The notes beneath the pieces were generated by a model. The model was given only the letters and a program-made list of their open reading frames with translations, was not told where the DNA came from and made no database searches. Positions 10,665-21,189 of a stretch of DNA of 64,000 nucleotides are shown piece by piece; position 1 is the stretch's first letter, and each line of letters opens with the position of its first letter. The translations under genes were made by a program, and so were the position numbers. The stretch spans positions 248,001-312,000 of the forward strand of contig CDROCS010006241.1 of NCBI GenBank assembly GCA_977020255.1. Reading direction: 5' to 3'. Origin of the DNA: Obrimoposthia wandeli (lineage: Eukaryota).

Positions 10665-10889
10665 AATGAATATCCTTTTATTATTTTTTGTATTTATTTT
10701 TTAAATTGTATTTAGTATATTGTATTTATTTTATTTATTGTATTTATTGTATGTATATTTATATTGTAATAATTGTATTAGCATATTTAATATTTATATA
10801 AAAAAAGTATTAGAATTCATTTTTTGAAGTGATATTAAAAAAACATTACTTTTTTAGAAGCAATGTTTAGTGTGGAGAAGGGTTGTTAA

Positions 10890-11189
10890 TTATTTTTCCG
10901 AAGAATCTTTTTCTGTAGTTTTATCTTTTTTATCTTTTTTATTAGAAGAGAAACCTGCACCTTTTTTCTCTTTTTTCTGAAGATTCAAATCATCCATTAA
11001 AGTACGATAATCCATACCTTCTTGATTCATCTTAGCAAAACATGCAGCAATTGCAGCAATTGCATTAGGAACTTCTTCTTTCTTTTTATACGATTGAATA
11101 TTTTTTTCACTTACTTTGATTAAAGCAGTAAATTTGGGAATAGTAAGTTCCGCATCGAGTAATAACTTTTTAAAGTTAATAAATGTCAT
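10890..11189 (-). CDS. Small hypothetical protein, possible HTH DNA-binding
   Basis: FKKLLLDAELTIPKFTALIKVSEKNIQSYKK resembles an XRE-type HTH; start chosen at MTFINF (uncertain). Confidence 0.55.
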   Translation of the reverse strand: MTFINFKKLLLDAELTIPKFTALIKVSEKNIQSYKKKEEVPNAIAAIAACFAKMNQEGMDYRTLMDDLNLQKKEKKGAGFSSNKKDKKDKTTEKDSSEK

Positions 11190-11329
11190 TGATTTTTCCA
11201 TTTGTAAATTTATGAAGTCATTATACATACTTAGCCTTGAAGTTAAGCTAAAAACACTAGTTATATATATTTTATATATATTTTATAGATAATAGTTTGA
11301 ATTTATTAATTCAAACTATTATTTTTTGA

Positions 11330-11776
11330 TTAGATTACGTCTACTTCCCAGAAGAAATCTATCCACTCGTTTGCTTCACGTACGGCAAAATCTGGTTGTA
11401 AAATTGCAGTTTTTTTATAAAAAAGTGTTGCAAGTTTAAATTCAACCCCTGGGAATTTTTTTTCTAAAAGTTTTAAAATTTCTACCATTGTTTCCCCAGA
11501 ATCAACAATATCATCTATTATTAATACCCTTTTCGCATGAGAAACATCTGGAATATTAAAAATATTGAAAGAATCAAGCTTCAATTCACCTTCATAATGA
11601 ATTGAATTCAATGAGTATAAGTTTCTCATGTCTAAAGCTTGTGCCATCAAATGAGCAAGAGTTAAACCACCTCTTGCAACTGCTAAAAGAACATCTGGTT
11701 CATAATCTCTACATTTATTAACTAATGTTTGTGTGTCCTTTTTAAACTCGTCATAACCATAATAATATTTTTCCAA
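11330..11776 (-). CDS. Purine phosphoribosyltransferase (xanthine/hypoxanthine-guanine type)
   Basis: AVARGG and LIIDDIVDSGET PRPP loop; TTG start with AAGGGA RBS; follows an NCS2 purine permease. Confidence 0.8.
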   Translation of the reverse strand: MEKYYYGYDEFKKDTQTLVNKCRDYEPDVLLAVARGGLTLAHLMAQALDMRNLYSLNSIHYEGELKLDSFNIFNIPDVSHAKRVLIIDDIVDSGETMVEILKLLEKKFPGVEFKLATLFYKKTAILQPDFAVREANEWIDFFWEVDVI

Positions 11777-11786
11777 AAAACTTCCC

Positions 11787-13073
11787 TTATACTATAAATG
11801 CTAGTAAACTAATAAATGTAATTGTTAGAATACCAATGTTTAAATCTTTATATTGCCCACGTGCGAATTTAATGATAGTATACACTAAAAATCCTGCAGC
11901 AATACCGTTCGTAATAGAGAAAGTTAGAGGCATTAAAATAACAATTAAAAAAGCACCTGCACTAGTTGCTAAGTCTGAATCCTCAAAATTAATTTTTCCT
12001 AATTCTGTAAACATTAAAACACCAACAACAACTAATACTGGGTAAATAGCATTTCCAGGTATTGATTTAAATAGTGGTAACATAAATAATGTAGCTACAA
12101 AAAATAGAGCTGTAAAAACCGCAGTTAATCCAGTTCTTCCACCCTCTTCAACTCCTGATGCACTTTCTATAAATGCAGTAGTTGTTGAAACACCAAGTAA
12201 AGAACCTGCTGCTGTTGCTATAGCATCAGCTTCAAGAGTTCTTTGTAAAGATTTATCATCTTTATTATTTTCTTGAAAAAGTTTTGCCCTTGTACCTACA
12301 CCTGTTAAAGTACCTAAGGTATCAAACATATCAGTAATTAAGAATGTAATAATAACAGGTAATAAAGATAGAGAAATTGCACTCATAATATCAAGTTTGA
12401 ACAGGATTGGTTCAATTGATGCAGGAGCACTTAAAATTTCTTTTGGAAAATCTCCTAAACCAAAATTCCAAGCTACAATAGAAGTGATTGCAATAGATAA
12501 AATAAACGCACCTTTGATTCTATATGAGTAAAATGCAAAAGCTAAAATAAGACCTAAAACACCTAATTGAACATCTGCTTTTGAAAAATCTCCAAGCCCA
12601 ACTAATGTTGCTTCATTATCTACAATCATTCCCATTTGTTTTAAACCAATAAAAGCAATAAATGAACCAATACCAGCAGAGATTGCTCGCCTTAAACTCA
12701 TAGGAATAGAGGTCATAATCCAGACTCTAAAATTTGTAAAAGAAAGTATTACAAAAAGAACACCTGATAAGAATACAATTCCTAAAGCAGTTTCCCAAGG
12801 TATTTTCATACCTAATACTAATCCATAAGAGAAGAAAGCATTTAGTCCCATACCAACTGACATTGCAATTGGAGTATTTGACCATAACCCACTAAAAAGT
12901 GTTGCTAAGATTGTGATAAGTGCTGTTGCTGTCACAACTGCTTCCATAGGAAGACCTGCATCAGCTAAAATAAATCCATTTACGGGAACAATATACATCA
13001 TAGTTAAAAATGTTGTAAATCCAGCAGATAGTTCGGTGGTGACGTTAGTGTTATGCTCTTTTAACTTAAACAT
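11787..13073 (-). CDS. NCS2 family purine permease (AzgA/PbuG-like)
   Basis: TTFLTMMYI, GMGLNAFF, DMFDTLGT and IESASGVEEGGRTGLT motifs. Confidence 0.9.
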   Translation of the reverse strand: MFKLKEHNTNVTTELSAGFTTFLTMMYIVPVNGFILADAGLPMEAVVTATALITILATLFSGLWSNTPIAMSVGMGLNAFFSYGLVLGMKIPWETALGIVFLSGVLFVILSFTNFRVWIMTSIPMSLRRAISAGIGSFIAFIGLKQMGMIVDNEATLVGLGDFSKADVQLGVLGLILAFAFYSYRIKGAFILSIAITSIVAWNFGLGDFPKEILSAPASIEPILFKLDIMSAISLSLLPVIITFLITDMFDTLGTLTGVGTRAKLFQENNKDDKSLQRTLEADAIATAAGSLLGVSTTTAFIESASGVEEGGRTGLTAVFTALFFVATLFMLPLFKSIPGNAIYPVLVVVGVLMFTELGKINFEDSDLATSAGAFLIVILMPLTFSITNGIAAGFLVYTIIKFARGQYKDLNIGILTITFISLLAFIV

Positions 13074-13206
13074 AAATTTATCCTTAAATTTTAAAATTAA
13101 GTTTTGATTATACTGGATATAAGGTAAAAGACTACTAAAAATATGTGATAATTATGTGACAATTAGATAACTTATAATTTAAAAAATAAAAATATAGAGA
13201 AAAATT

Positions 13207-14064
13207 ATGAATATAACAAATGAATGTGTAAGATGTATAGTAGGACAAATAGATAAAGCTACAAAACTTTTAAATCTTGAAGAGAAATTATCTTCTAAAA
13301 TTATGAAGGAAGTAGAAAATAGAGCGTTATCCTTCTCTTTTAAAGATACTCCTCCTTTTGTAGCAAAAGACGTATATGAATATCTAGCATTAAAAACCAA
13401 ACTAGAGGATCCACTTGAAGAACTAAAACAAGAGTCAATAAAAAAAGCTACTACTTACATCCCCTTAATTGAGGAAAAAATAAAAAATAGTGAAGATAAA
13501 CTTTTTACTGCGATAAAAGCGGCAGTCGCGGGCAATGTAATTGACTTTGCAACTACAAAAGAGTTTTGTTTAGATGAAGAGATAAATTCAATTTTTGATA
13601 CTAATTTTGCAATAGATGATTACAAAAAATTTAAAGAAGAACTTCAAAAAACAAATAGACTAATAATACTTAGTGATAATGCAGGAGAAAATGTATTTGA
13701 TAAAATTTTAGTTAAAACTATAAAAGAGTTATATCCAAAAACTAAAATATATTATGCAACAAGAGGAAAAGCAATTATAAATGATATTACGACTAAAGAG
13801 GCATTCCAAATTGGTATTGATAAATATTGTGAAGTAATTAGTTCAGGAGTAGATACTCCTGGTTTAGAAAAAAAGAGAGCAGACAAAGAGTTTTTAAAAC
13901 TTTTTGAAAGTATGCCGCTAATTCTTTCTAAAGGTATGGGAAACTTTGAATGCCTTGAATCATATAAAGATGAAAGAATTTTCTTTTTATTTAAAGTAAA
14001 ATGTGAAGTTGTAGCAAATCAAATTTCAAGAACTCTTGGCGAAATTATCCTAAAAAAAGGATAA
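13207..14064 (+). CDS. DUF89/ARMT1-like damage-control phosphatase
   Basis: N-terminal CxxC, AGNVIDF, DNAGExVFD and KGMGNFE motifs. Confidence 0.85.
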   Translation: MNITNECVRCIVGQIDKATKLLNLEEKLSSKIMKEVENRALSFSFKDTPPFVAKDVYEYLALKTKLEDPLEELKQESIKKATTYIPLIEEKIKNSEDKLFTAIKAAVAGNVIDFATTKEFCLDEEINSIFDTNFAIDDYKKFKEELQKTNRLIILSDNAGENVFDKILVKTIKELYPKTKIYYATRGKAIINDITTKEAFQIGIDKYCEVISSGVDTPGLEKKRADKEFLKLFESMPLILSKGMGNFECLESYKDERIFFLFKVKCEVVANQISRTLGEIILKKG

Positions 14065-14120
14065 GCAATAAAGAACAATGCATATATAAGATATAATGGG
14101 GAAAAAGTACAAGGGCACAA

Positions 14121-14546
14121 ATGGCAAAAGGTAAAAAAACAACTATTAAAGAAATCAAACTTTTAAAAGATGATATTATTTTAATAAATGGAAAAGAATA
14201 CGTAATATTAGAGTCTACTGAAAATATTGAAACTGCAAAGACTATGAAAATTTCTTCTAATGGAAATAGAATATTACGTTTTGAAGATGAAAGTAAAAAA
14301 GCTAGAATTGATGTAAAAAGAGAAATTAACATAATTAAATGCACTATTAATGATCCAGAAAGAGCTAAGTTGTTTCAAAAAGGAAATGACAAAGCAAATT
14401 TAAATGATGCTGATAAAAAAGTTGTTGTAGCACAAACTTCTTCGTATGTTAAAGCAAGAGCAATTACTGCTGACTTTGCAAATAAAGAGAGTGTAAACTA
14501 TGAACCAAAGATTGGGAAAGATGTTTTTTTCTTAATAGAAGAATAA
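14121..14546 (+). CDS. Hypothetical protein (141 aa)
   Basis: Clean ORF with AAGGG RBS, upstream TATAAT and downstream hairpin; no family recognised. Confidence 0.65.
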   Translation: MAKGKKTTIKEIKLLKDDIILINGKEYVILESTENIETAKTMKISSNGNRILRFEDESKKARIDVKREINIIKCTINDPERAKLFQKGNDKANLNDADKKVVVAQTSSYVKARAITADFANKESVNYEPKIGKDVFFLIEE

Positions 14547-14558
14547 AACTTAAAATAA

Positions 14559-14586
14559 AAGATTATCCTACAAAGAGGATAATCTT
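14559..14586. terminator. Bidirectional terminator hairpin
   Basis: AAGATTATCCT-ACAAAG-AGGATAATCTT between convergent genes. Confidence 0.65.
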
Positions 14587-15719
14587 TCTTTAAACATCTT
14601 AAACCAAATAGACTCATTTTTATTAACAGTCATATTCGAAATCTCTTTTATACCTATTTCAATTTCTTTTTTTGAGGAATTTGTAAAATTAAATCTTGCC
14701 TCTTTAGATTTTTTATTATTATGAAAAAATACTTGTGCAGGAACAAAAGCAATATTCTTTTTTAATACTTCCTTGGCAAGTGCAAAACTATCTTCATCAA
14801 ATTTACCATAAATAAACATTCCACCTTCTGGTTTTAAAAATTGAAAACTAGGCATATATTTTTTAAAACATTCAGCCATAAATTCCATTTTTTCTTCATA
14901 GTTATTTCTAATATATTCTAAATGTTCAAACAAATCATTATCTTCTAAAAACTGATTTATTATCATCTGATTAAAAGTTGGCGTGTGCAAATCTATAGCT
15001 TCTTTTGAAACTAAAATTTTTTCTAATAAATTTTCATCAGCCCTAATCCACCCTACTCGTAAACCAGGTGCTACAATTTTTGAAAATGAACCTAAATGAA
15101 AACTCTTTTTATATCTTGCACTAATTGGTTTATTTATTCTTCCTTTAAAATCAAGTAAAGAATAAGCACCATCTTCAATTAAAAAGGAATTCTTTTTATT
15201 TAAAATATGTGCAATCTGATTCCTATCATACTCATCTAAAGTTTTTGCATTTGGATTTGAAAAATCACTCATTATATACAAAGCTGAACTACTTTTTAAC
15301 TCATAATTTAACGAACCAATATAATTAAATCCTTTTATTTTTAAATCTAATACCTTGAATGCAGATAAAGCACCAATATATGTTGGAGTCTGAACTATAA
15401 CTTCATCATCTAAAAAAGTCTTACTTATAATATCAAAGGCTTGTTGACTGCCCGTAGTAATCATTATTTCATCTTTTGTAGTTGGGAAATCAAAATACTC
15501 AGTATATAAATTAGCAATTTTCTCTCTTAAAGATTCTATCCCTTGGGATTTAGAATACTGCATACTTGAACTATCTTCCAATACTTTTAAAGATGCATTT
15601 TTTAACTTTTCCATTGGGAATAACTTTTCATCAGGTAATCCCCCGGCAAAAGAAATAGTCTCTTTATTTGTTGCGTCTAATATTTCTCTAATATATGACC
15701 TTTTAATACTTTTTGTCAT
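14568..15719 (-). CDS. PLP-dependent aminotransferase (class I/II)
   Basis: ISFAGGLPD, TTGSQQAFD, EDGAY and GSFSKIVAPGLRVGW (PLP lysine). Confidence 0.9.
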   Translation of the reverse strand: MTKSIKRSYIREILDATNKETISFAGGLPDEKLFPMEKLKNASLKVLEDSSSMQYSKSQGIESLREKIANLYTEYFDFPTTKDEIMITTGSQQAFDIISKTFLDDEVIVQTPTYIGALSAFKVLDLKIKGFNYIGSLNYELKSSSALYIMSDFSNPNAKTLDEYDRNQIAHILNKKNSFLIEDGAYSLLDFKGRINKPISARYKKSFHLGSFSKIVAPGLRVGWIRADENLLEKILVSKEAIDLHTPTFNQMIINQFLEDNDLFEHLEYIRNNYEEKMEFMAECFKKYMPSFQFLKPEGGMFIYGKFDEDSFALAKEVLKKNIAFVPAQVFFHNNKKSKEARFNFTNSSKKEIEIGIKEISNMTVNKNESIWFKMFKERLSSL

Positions 15720-15840
15720 AATTTCTCCTCTTTTTTCACTTGAACCATTTTATTTGAATATAATTTTAAATTCTTTATCCTATATTTCAAAATATTTGTC
15801 TTATATTGCTATTTTTGTTATACTTTTAAATGGAGTTAAA

Positions 15841-16698
15841 ATGAAAAAAGATACAAAACATGAAAGAGCTAATATAGTAAATAATTCATTATTTTATATC
15901 TATAAATATATAGATACCCCCATATCATTAGATGAACTTGCAAAATTAAATTCTGTTAGTAAATACCATTTTCACAGAATTTTTAAAGAAGAAACGGGAA
16001 AAACACTTTTTGAAACTATTACTTCAATAAGATTACAAAAAGCTGCCAACCTACTTATTGTAAATCAATACTCTACAATAAGTGAAATCATCGCGAAATG
16101 TGGTTTTGCATCACACTCTTCATTTATAAAAGCTTTTAAAAAAAGATTTATATACACGCCAACTCAGTGGAGAAAAGGAGCATATAAAGAGTATTCAAAA
16201 AGTCTATTAGAAGAGTATCCTAAAGTTACTAGCTTTAAAAATCTTGAGCCACAGATAAAGCCTTGCAAAGCAATTCATTGTGCATATATAAGACATAAAG
16301 GATATGATAAAGGCATAAAAAAAACTTGGCAAAGATTAAATGCCCTTGCCTATGAGTTAGATTTAGGGAACTGTAGACATATTGCTATTCAACACGATAA
16401 TCCAACAATAACACCAATGAGTGAAGCATCTTATGTTGCAGGGATTGAAGTGCCAAAGGGATTCAACTCTATAAGTACTTTAGAAATACCAGAATGTCTT
16501 TGTGCTGTATTTCATCTAAAAGGAGAATATGGTGACGTTATAAATCTTATGAGATATGCTTATCATTTCTGGTTACCAACTTCTGGATATGAATCGAAAA
16601 CAATGCCATCTTATTCTATTTATAATTCAAATCATTTTTTAAATGATGATGGGAAAATTAATTTAGATTTTTATCTACCTATTTCTGTTGCTTATTAA
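15841..16698 (+). CDS. AraC family regulator with C-terminal GyrI-like domain
   Basis: LDELAKLNSVSKYHFHRIFK and CGFASHSSFIKAFKK HTHs; GyrI-like tail; start at ATG 15841 behind GGAG. Confidence 0.9.
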   Translation: MKKDTKHERANIVNNSLFYIYKYIDTPISLDELAKLNSVSKYHFHRIFKEETGKTLFETITSIRLQKAANLLIVNQYSTISEIIAKCGFASHSSFIKAFKKRFIYTPTQWRKGAYKEYSKSLLEEYPKVTSFKNLEPQIKPCKAIHCAYIRHKGYDKGIKKTWQRLNALAYELDLGNCRHIAIQHDNPTITPMSEASYVAGIEVPKGFNSISTLEIPECLCAVFHLKGEYGDVINLMRYAYHFWLPTSGYESKTMPSYSIYNSNHFLNDDGKINLDFYLPISVAY

Positions 16699-17029
16699 AA
16701 TCAGTGTGGTAAATATATTTTGCGATTTCTTCTAAAGTATATTTATCATATCCGAGTTCTGGCATTAGTTTAAATTCATCAATTGCAAATTTCATTACAG
16801 AAGTTGTCTCATCTGGTTTTAAAACCCATTGGGTCATGTATTTAACAAAGTCTACTTCTTTAGGAAAAGCATTGATATAGTTTTTTTTGATTTCAAAAAG
16901 AGAAGGTGCTGAAACTTTTTTAATTTCAGAATGACAGGTTATACAATTTCCGTTAAAAAGTAATTCTCCATAATTTGAAGCAAAAATACTATTAAATAAT
17001 ATCATAAGTAAAAATAATAATTTTTTCAT
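16679..17029 (-). CDS. Monoheme c-type cytochrome
   Basis: Signal peptide, CITCH heme motif, distal LMP methionine. Confidence 0.85.
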   Translation of the reverse strand: MKKLLFLLMILFNSIFASNYGELLFNGNCITCHSEIKKVSAPSLFEIKKNYINAFPKEVDFVKYMTQWVLKPDETTSVMKFAIDEFKLMPELGYDKYTLEEIAKYIYHTDFNKQQK

Positions 17030-17073
17030 AAGCTAATATTATCAATTTTTTAAATTGTTTTCTATGATTTAAA

Positions 17074-18381
17074 TCAAGCTTTAAAAATTGAAACTCTATT
17101 CCGTCCATTTCTTTTTGAAGAATATAAAGCTTCATCTGCTCTAATTAAGATATCCTCTATCTCAGAATCATATTTAGTATTCAAAGAACTGATTCCTAAA
17201 CTTATACTAACTGATATAGTAAAAGATTCATGAGCATAAACTTCTTCTTCTACAGTTTTTCTTAGTTTTTCAGCAATTATATAAGCACCATCACAAGAAG
17301 TTTCATTTAATAATACGACAAATTCTTCTCCGCCAATTCTTGCTACTAAGTCAGATGTTCTAATTTTATCTTGAATACTTTTAGAAACTAACTTTAGCAC
17401 TTCATCACCAATAAAATGTCCATATTCATCATTTACTTTTTTGAAAAAATCAATATCAATAATTATTAAAGATAAGTCAGATTTATCTCTTTTTGCAAGA
17501 GAAAAAAGTTTATTCCCTAATTCAAAAAAGTACCTTCTGTTTGGAATTTTTGTTAAAAAATCTATAGTTGCTAATTCATTTAATTTTTTTACACTATCTT
17601 CTAGTTCTTCTGTTCTATTTCTAATTTTATCTTCTAAATTAGTATTTAACAATTCAATAGTTTCTTGTCTTTTATAAATTAAGTTAATAAAATAAACTAC
17701 AACTATTGATATCATTAGAGCTATAAAAATTACAGCAGCTGTCAAAGACAAACTATTGTTTTTTATCAACCTGATTTTTTCATTATAATTGTCAATTGGG
17801 ATAGTAACTCTTAGCCCACCTCTTATATCCCCTATATTATAACCTTGTTCAGCATGACACTCAAGACATGCTTGTTTCACTTTAAGCGATCCCATAAAAT
17901 TAAAATTGTTTTTTTCAAATTTTGTATAATATTTTTCGTTTCTATTACTTGCAAAATGAGTTAAAGCCTCAACTTCAAATCCATCTGCTTTATTATCCGG
18001 ATTAATAGGATTTAAGCTTGTAATTCTATAATAATACTTCCCATTTTTATTAGCTATTTCTGATATTTGTCTGGTCATCCAAGCGGGATTAATTTTAATT
18101 AAAAGTTCATTATCTTTTGTAAAAGTATGATTGTCTTTTAAATATTTATTTGGTTTTAATATAGAATTTGACTTTACATAAACACCACCATGTTTTGCGT
18201 TCCAAACTCTAGTATCAATCATATTTTGAAAATGTGCAATAGCCTCTTGTTTTAGTGTTTTTTGAGATAATTCAACATATTGTACTTTTGAAATATTTAT
18301 ATAATATAAGATAAAGGTCGTTCCAAGAATTATTGATAAAATGAATAAAAATATGATAACACTTTTATTAAAACTTTTCAT
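17074..18381 (-). CDS. Membrane diguanylate cyclase with heme c-binding DUF3365/Tll0287-like domain
   Basis: TM, periplasmic domain with WNAKHGGVYV, ITSLNPINP and CLECH, TM, then RTSD I-site and GGEEF. Confidence 0.88.
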   Translation of the reverse strand: MKSFNKSVIIFLFILSIILGTTFILYYINISKVQYVELSQKTLKQEAIAHFQNMIDTRVWNAKHGGVYVKSNSILKPNKYLKDNHTFTKDNELLIKINPAWMTRQISEIANKNGKYYYRITSLNPINPDNKADGFEVEALTHFASNRNEKYYTKFEKNNFNFMGSLKVKQACLECHAEQGYNIGDIRGGLRVTIPIDNYNEKIRLIKNNSLSLTAAVIFIALMISIVVVYFINLIYKRQETIELLNTNLEDKIRNRTEELEDSVKKLNELATIDFLTKIPNRRYFFELGNKLFSLAKRDKSDLSLIIIDIDFFKKVNDEYGHFIGDEVLKLVSKSIQDKIRTSDLVARIGGEEFVVLLNETSCDGAYIIAEKLRKTVEEEVYAHESFTISVSISLGISSLNTKYDSEIEDILIRADEALYSSKRNGRNRVSIFKA

Positions 18382-18597
18382 TAGGAATCCATTTTTTTAG
18401 TGTTACTATTATACTACTTTTTTCTTAAAATAATATTTATTATAATAAATAATAATAAAATAGATATTTAACTTCAAAAACAGAAAATGGCATATTAAGC
18501 ACGAGAAAATCGCAATTTGCTTAAATCTTTTTTAATTTTCATATGATATAATTAGCATTAAAAGATTAATATAATAATTTAGATCAAGGAAAATATC

Positions 18598-20958
18598 ATG
18601 CTTAGAAATAGTTCTATTAAAGTTAAATTACTTTCAACAGTAATTGGTTCAATCATATTAGTTGCAGTAGTGATGTTAACTCAATCAATTATAAGTCTAA
18701 ATAATACTTCAGACAAAATAATCACTAAATCAAGTAATGCTGCTTTTAAAGCAAAAGAAGAAGAATTAAAAAATTATATTTCACTTGCATACAAAACTTT
18801 AGAATCATATCATGCACGAACGGCAAAAGATAAAGTAAAAGTGGAAGTGCAAAAATATTTAAAAGAGCAAACAGAATTTATCTATTCTATTATAAATGGT
18901 GAATATAAAAGATACCAAAATACACTTACCGAAGATGAATTAAAAGATAGAATTATTGGTATTGTAAATTCAACTAGATATGGTAAAAATGGATATTTTT
19001 GGATAAATGATTTAGATACAAAAATGATAACACATCCAATTAAACCATCATTGAATGGTAAAAATTTATCAAAACTAAAAGATAAAAGTGGAAAATATTT
19101 TTTCAAAGAATTTGTATCTGTTGTAAATAAGTCAAAAGAAGGTTATGTTGACTATTTATGGCCAAAACCAGGCTTTGATACTCCACAAGAGAAAGTATCT
19201 TTTGTAAAACTATTTAAGCCTTTTAACTGGGTAATAGGTACAGGAGAATATGTTGAAGATGTAGCTGAAAGAATGAAAAAAGAAGCATTAAAAGCAATTT
19301 CTCAAATGAAATATGGAAAAACTGGCTATTTTTGGATTAATGACTCTAATCATATAGTAAAAATGCATGGAGTGAAACCATCTTTAGCTGGAAAGGATAT
19401 GACAAATTTACAAGATAAAAAAGGTACATATCTTTATAAAGAAATTGTAAAAACTGCAAATGCAAAACCTGAAGGAGGACTTGTAAAGTACTACTGGTCA
19501 ATTCCAGGAAAAACTGGAGACTTTGAAAAATTCTCTTATGTACAAAACTTTAAGCCATGGGACTTTATTGTAGGTACGGGGGCATATGTAACTAATATTG
19601 AAGAAAGTATTTCACAAATGAATCAAGAAACTGAAGATAATATTGCTAAAGTAATTACAACTTCTATCCTTGTAATACTTGCAGTTATTTTTATTCTTGC
19701 CTTTATCGTAATATTCATTATGAAAAAAGTGATATTTAATCCTCTTACAAATTTCCAAGATGGTCTATTAAACTTCTTTAAATACGTTAATAAAGAGCAG
19801 AATGATATACAGTTATTAAATATTAATTCAAATGACGAAATTGGTAAAATGGCAAGTCTTATCAATGAAAATATTGATAAAACGAAAAATATCATAGAAC
19901 AAGATAATATATTGATTAATGATGTTAAAGAGATCGTAAATCATGTGGGGGAAGGTTATCTAGATAAAAGAATAACAAGTTCTACAAATAATGAATCTCT
20001 TGAAGAGTTAAAATCTTTATTAAATAATATGCTTGAAAACGTTCAAAAACTAGTTGGTAATAATATAAATGCATTAAGTGACGTATTAGAGCAATATGCA
20101 AAACGAAATTTTACAGAAAAAATTGATACTACTAATAGTGGTAAAATTGGAACTGATATTATCAATATGAACAAAATGATTACTAAAATTTTACAAGATA
20201 ATCAAGAAGATGGAATAAATTTAGAATCAAGATCAGAAGAGTTAACTTCAAATGTAAAAATTCTAAATGCAAATGCCACAAGTCAAGCAGCATCACTAGA
20301 AGAGACTGCAGCTTCTATTGAAGAGATAACTGGAAATATTAAACAAACAAGTGAAAAAGCTCAAGAGATGCTTCATATATCTGCGGATACACAACAATCT
20401 GCAAATCTAGGAAAAGATTTAGCAACTAAAACTGTTAACTCAATGGATGATATAAATGAAACAGTAATCGCCATCAATGATGCTATTTCAGTAATTGACC
20501 AAATTGCATTCCAAACAAATATTTTATCTCTAAATGCTGCAGTTGAAGCAGCTACTGCTGGTGAAGCAGGTAAAGGGTTTGCTGTTGTTGCACAAGAAGT
20601 AAGAAATCTTGCATCACGTTCAGCAGAAGCGGCAAAAGAGATTAAAGATTTAGTAGAGAGTGCAACTATAAAAGCAAATGAAGGTAAAAAAATAAGTACT
20701 TCAATGATTGAAGGATTTAATAACCTTGAAGAAAAAATTCTAAGTACTAGCAACTTGATTGATGATGTTACAAATGCAGCTAAAGAGCAAAATACAGGTA
20801 TGGCACAAATCAGTGATGCAGTTAATCAATTAGATAGATTCACGCAAGAAAATGCTTCTATTGCAGATAGAACAAACTCTATCGCACAAGAAACAAATGA
20901 GATTGCAAAAGAGATTGTTGAAAATGTTAGTAACAACAATTTTGACGGTAAAAATTAA
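18598..20958 (+). CDS. Methyl-accepting chemotaxis protein with tandem Cache domains
   Basis: Two TM segments, two GYFWIND...H.(I/V)KPSL.GK Cache repeats, HAMP, MCP core. Confidence 0.92.
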   Translation: MLRNSSIKVKLLSTVIGSIILVAVVMLTQSIISLNNTSDKIITKSSNAAFKAKEEELKNYISLAYKTLESYHARTAKDKVKVEVQKYLKEQTEFIYSIINGEYKRYQNTLTEDELKDRIIGIVNSTRYGKNGYFWINDLDTKMITHPIKPSLNGKNLSKLKDKSGKYFFKEFVSVVNKSKEGYVDYLWPKPGFDTPQEKVSFVKLFKPFNWVIGTGEYVEDVAERMKKEALKAISQMKYGKTGYFWINDSNHIVKMHGVKPSLAGKDMTNLQDKKGTYLYKEIVKTANAKPEGGLVKYYWSIPGKTGDFEKFSYVQNFKPWDFIVGTGAYVTNIEESISQMNQETEDNIAKVITTSILVILAVIFILAFIVIFIMKKVIFNPLTNFQDGLLNFFKYVNKEQNDIQLLNINSNDEIGKMASLINENIDKTKNIIEQDNILINDVKEIVNHVGEGYLDKRITSSTNNESLEELKSLLNNMLENVQKLVGNNINALSDVLEQYAKRNFTEKIDTTNSGKIGTDIINMNKMITKILQDNQEDGINLESRSEELTSNVKILNANATSQAASLEETAASIEEITGNIKQTSEKAQEMLHISADTQQSANLGKDLATKTVNSMDDINETVIAINDAISVIDQIAFQTNILSLNAAVEAATAGEAGKGFAVVAQEVRNLASRSAEAAKEIKDLVESATIKANEGKKISTSMIEGFNNLEEKILSTSNLIDDVTNAAKEQNTGMAQISDAVNQLDRFTQENASIADRTNSIAQETNEIAKEIVENVSNNNFDGKN

Positions 20959-20981
20959 AGAAGAGAGACTTTCTCTTCTTT
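20957..20981 (+). terminator. Rho-independent terminator
   Basis: AAAGAAGAGA-GACTT-TCTCTTCTTT right after the MCP stop. Confidence 0.6.
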
Positions 20982-21189
20982 AAAAACAAATTAGATTGCG
21001 TACACATAAATATTTATATAGAATAATTTTCATGAGTTTATAAATCTATTATTTTCTTTCTATAATCCCATAGTAAAAGCCATTATTTAATTATTTTAAA
21101 GATAAAAATTAATTATATATATTATAACAAAAAATTAACTGTCTATTAAAATTTTTTGATATAACATAATATATAGAGAAGGGTTTAAA

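Noticed and set aside
13074-13206. Purine riboswitch upstream of the purine permease
   Set aside because: The leader is short and AT-rich, without the conserved purine aptamer core.
18487-18502. Possible sigma54 promoter TGGCATATTAAGC upstream of the MCP
   Set aside because: Only 8 nt between GG and GC; sigma54 needs 10.
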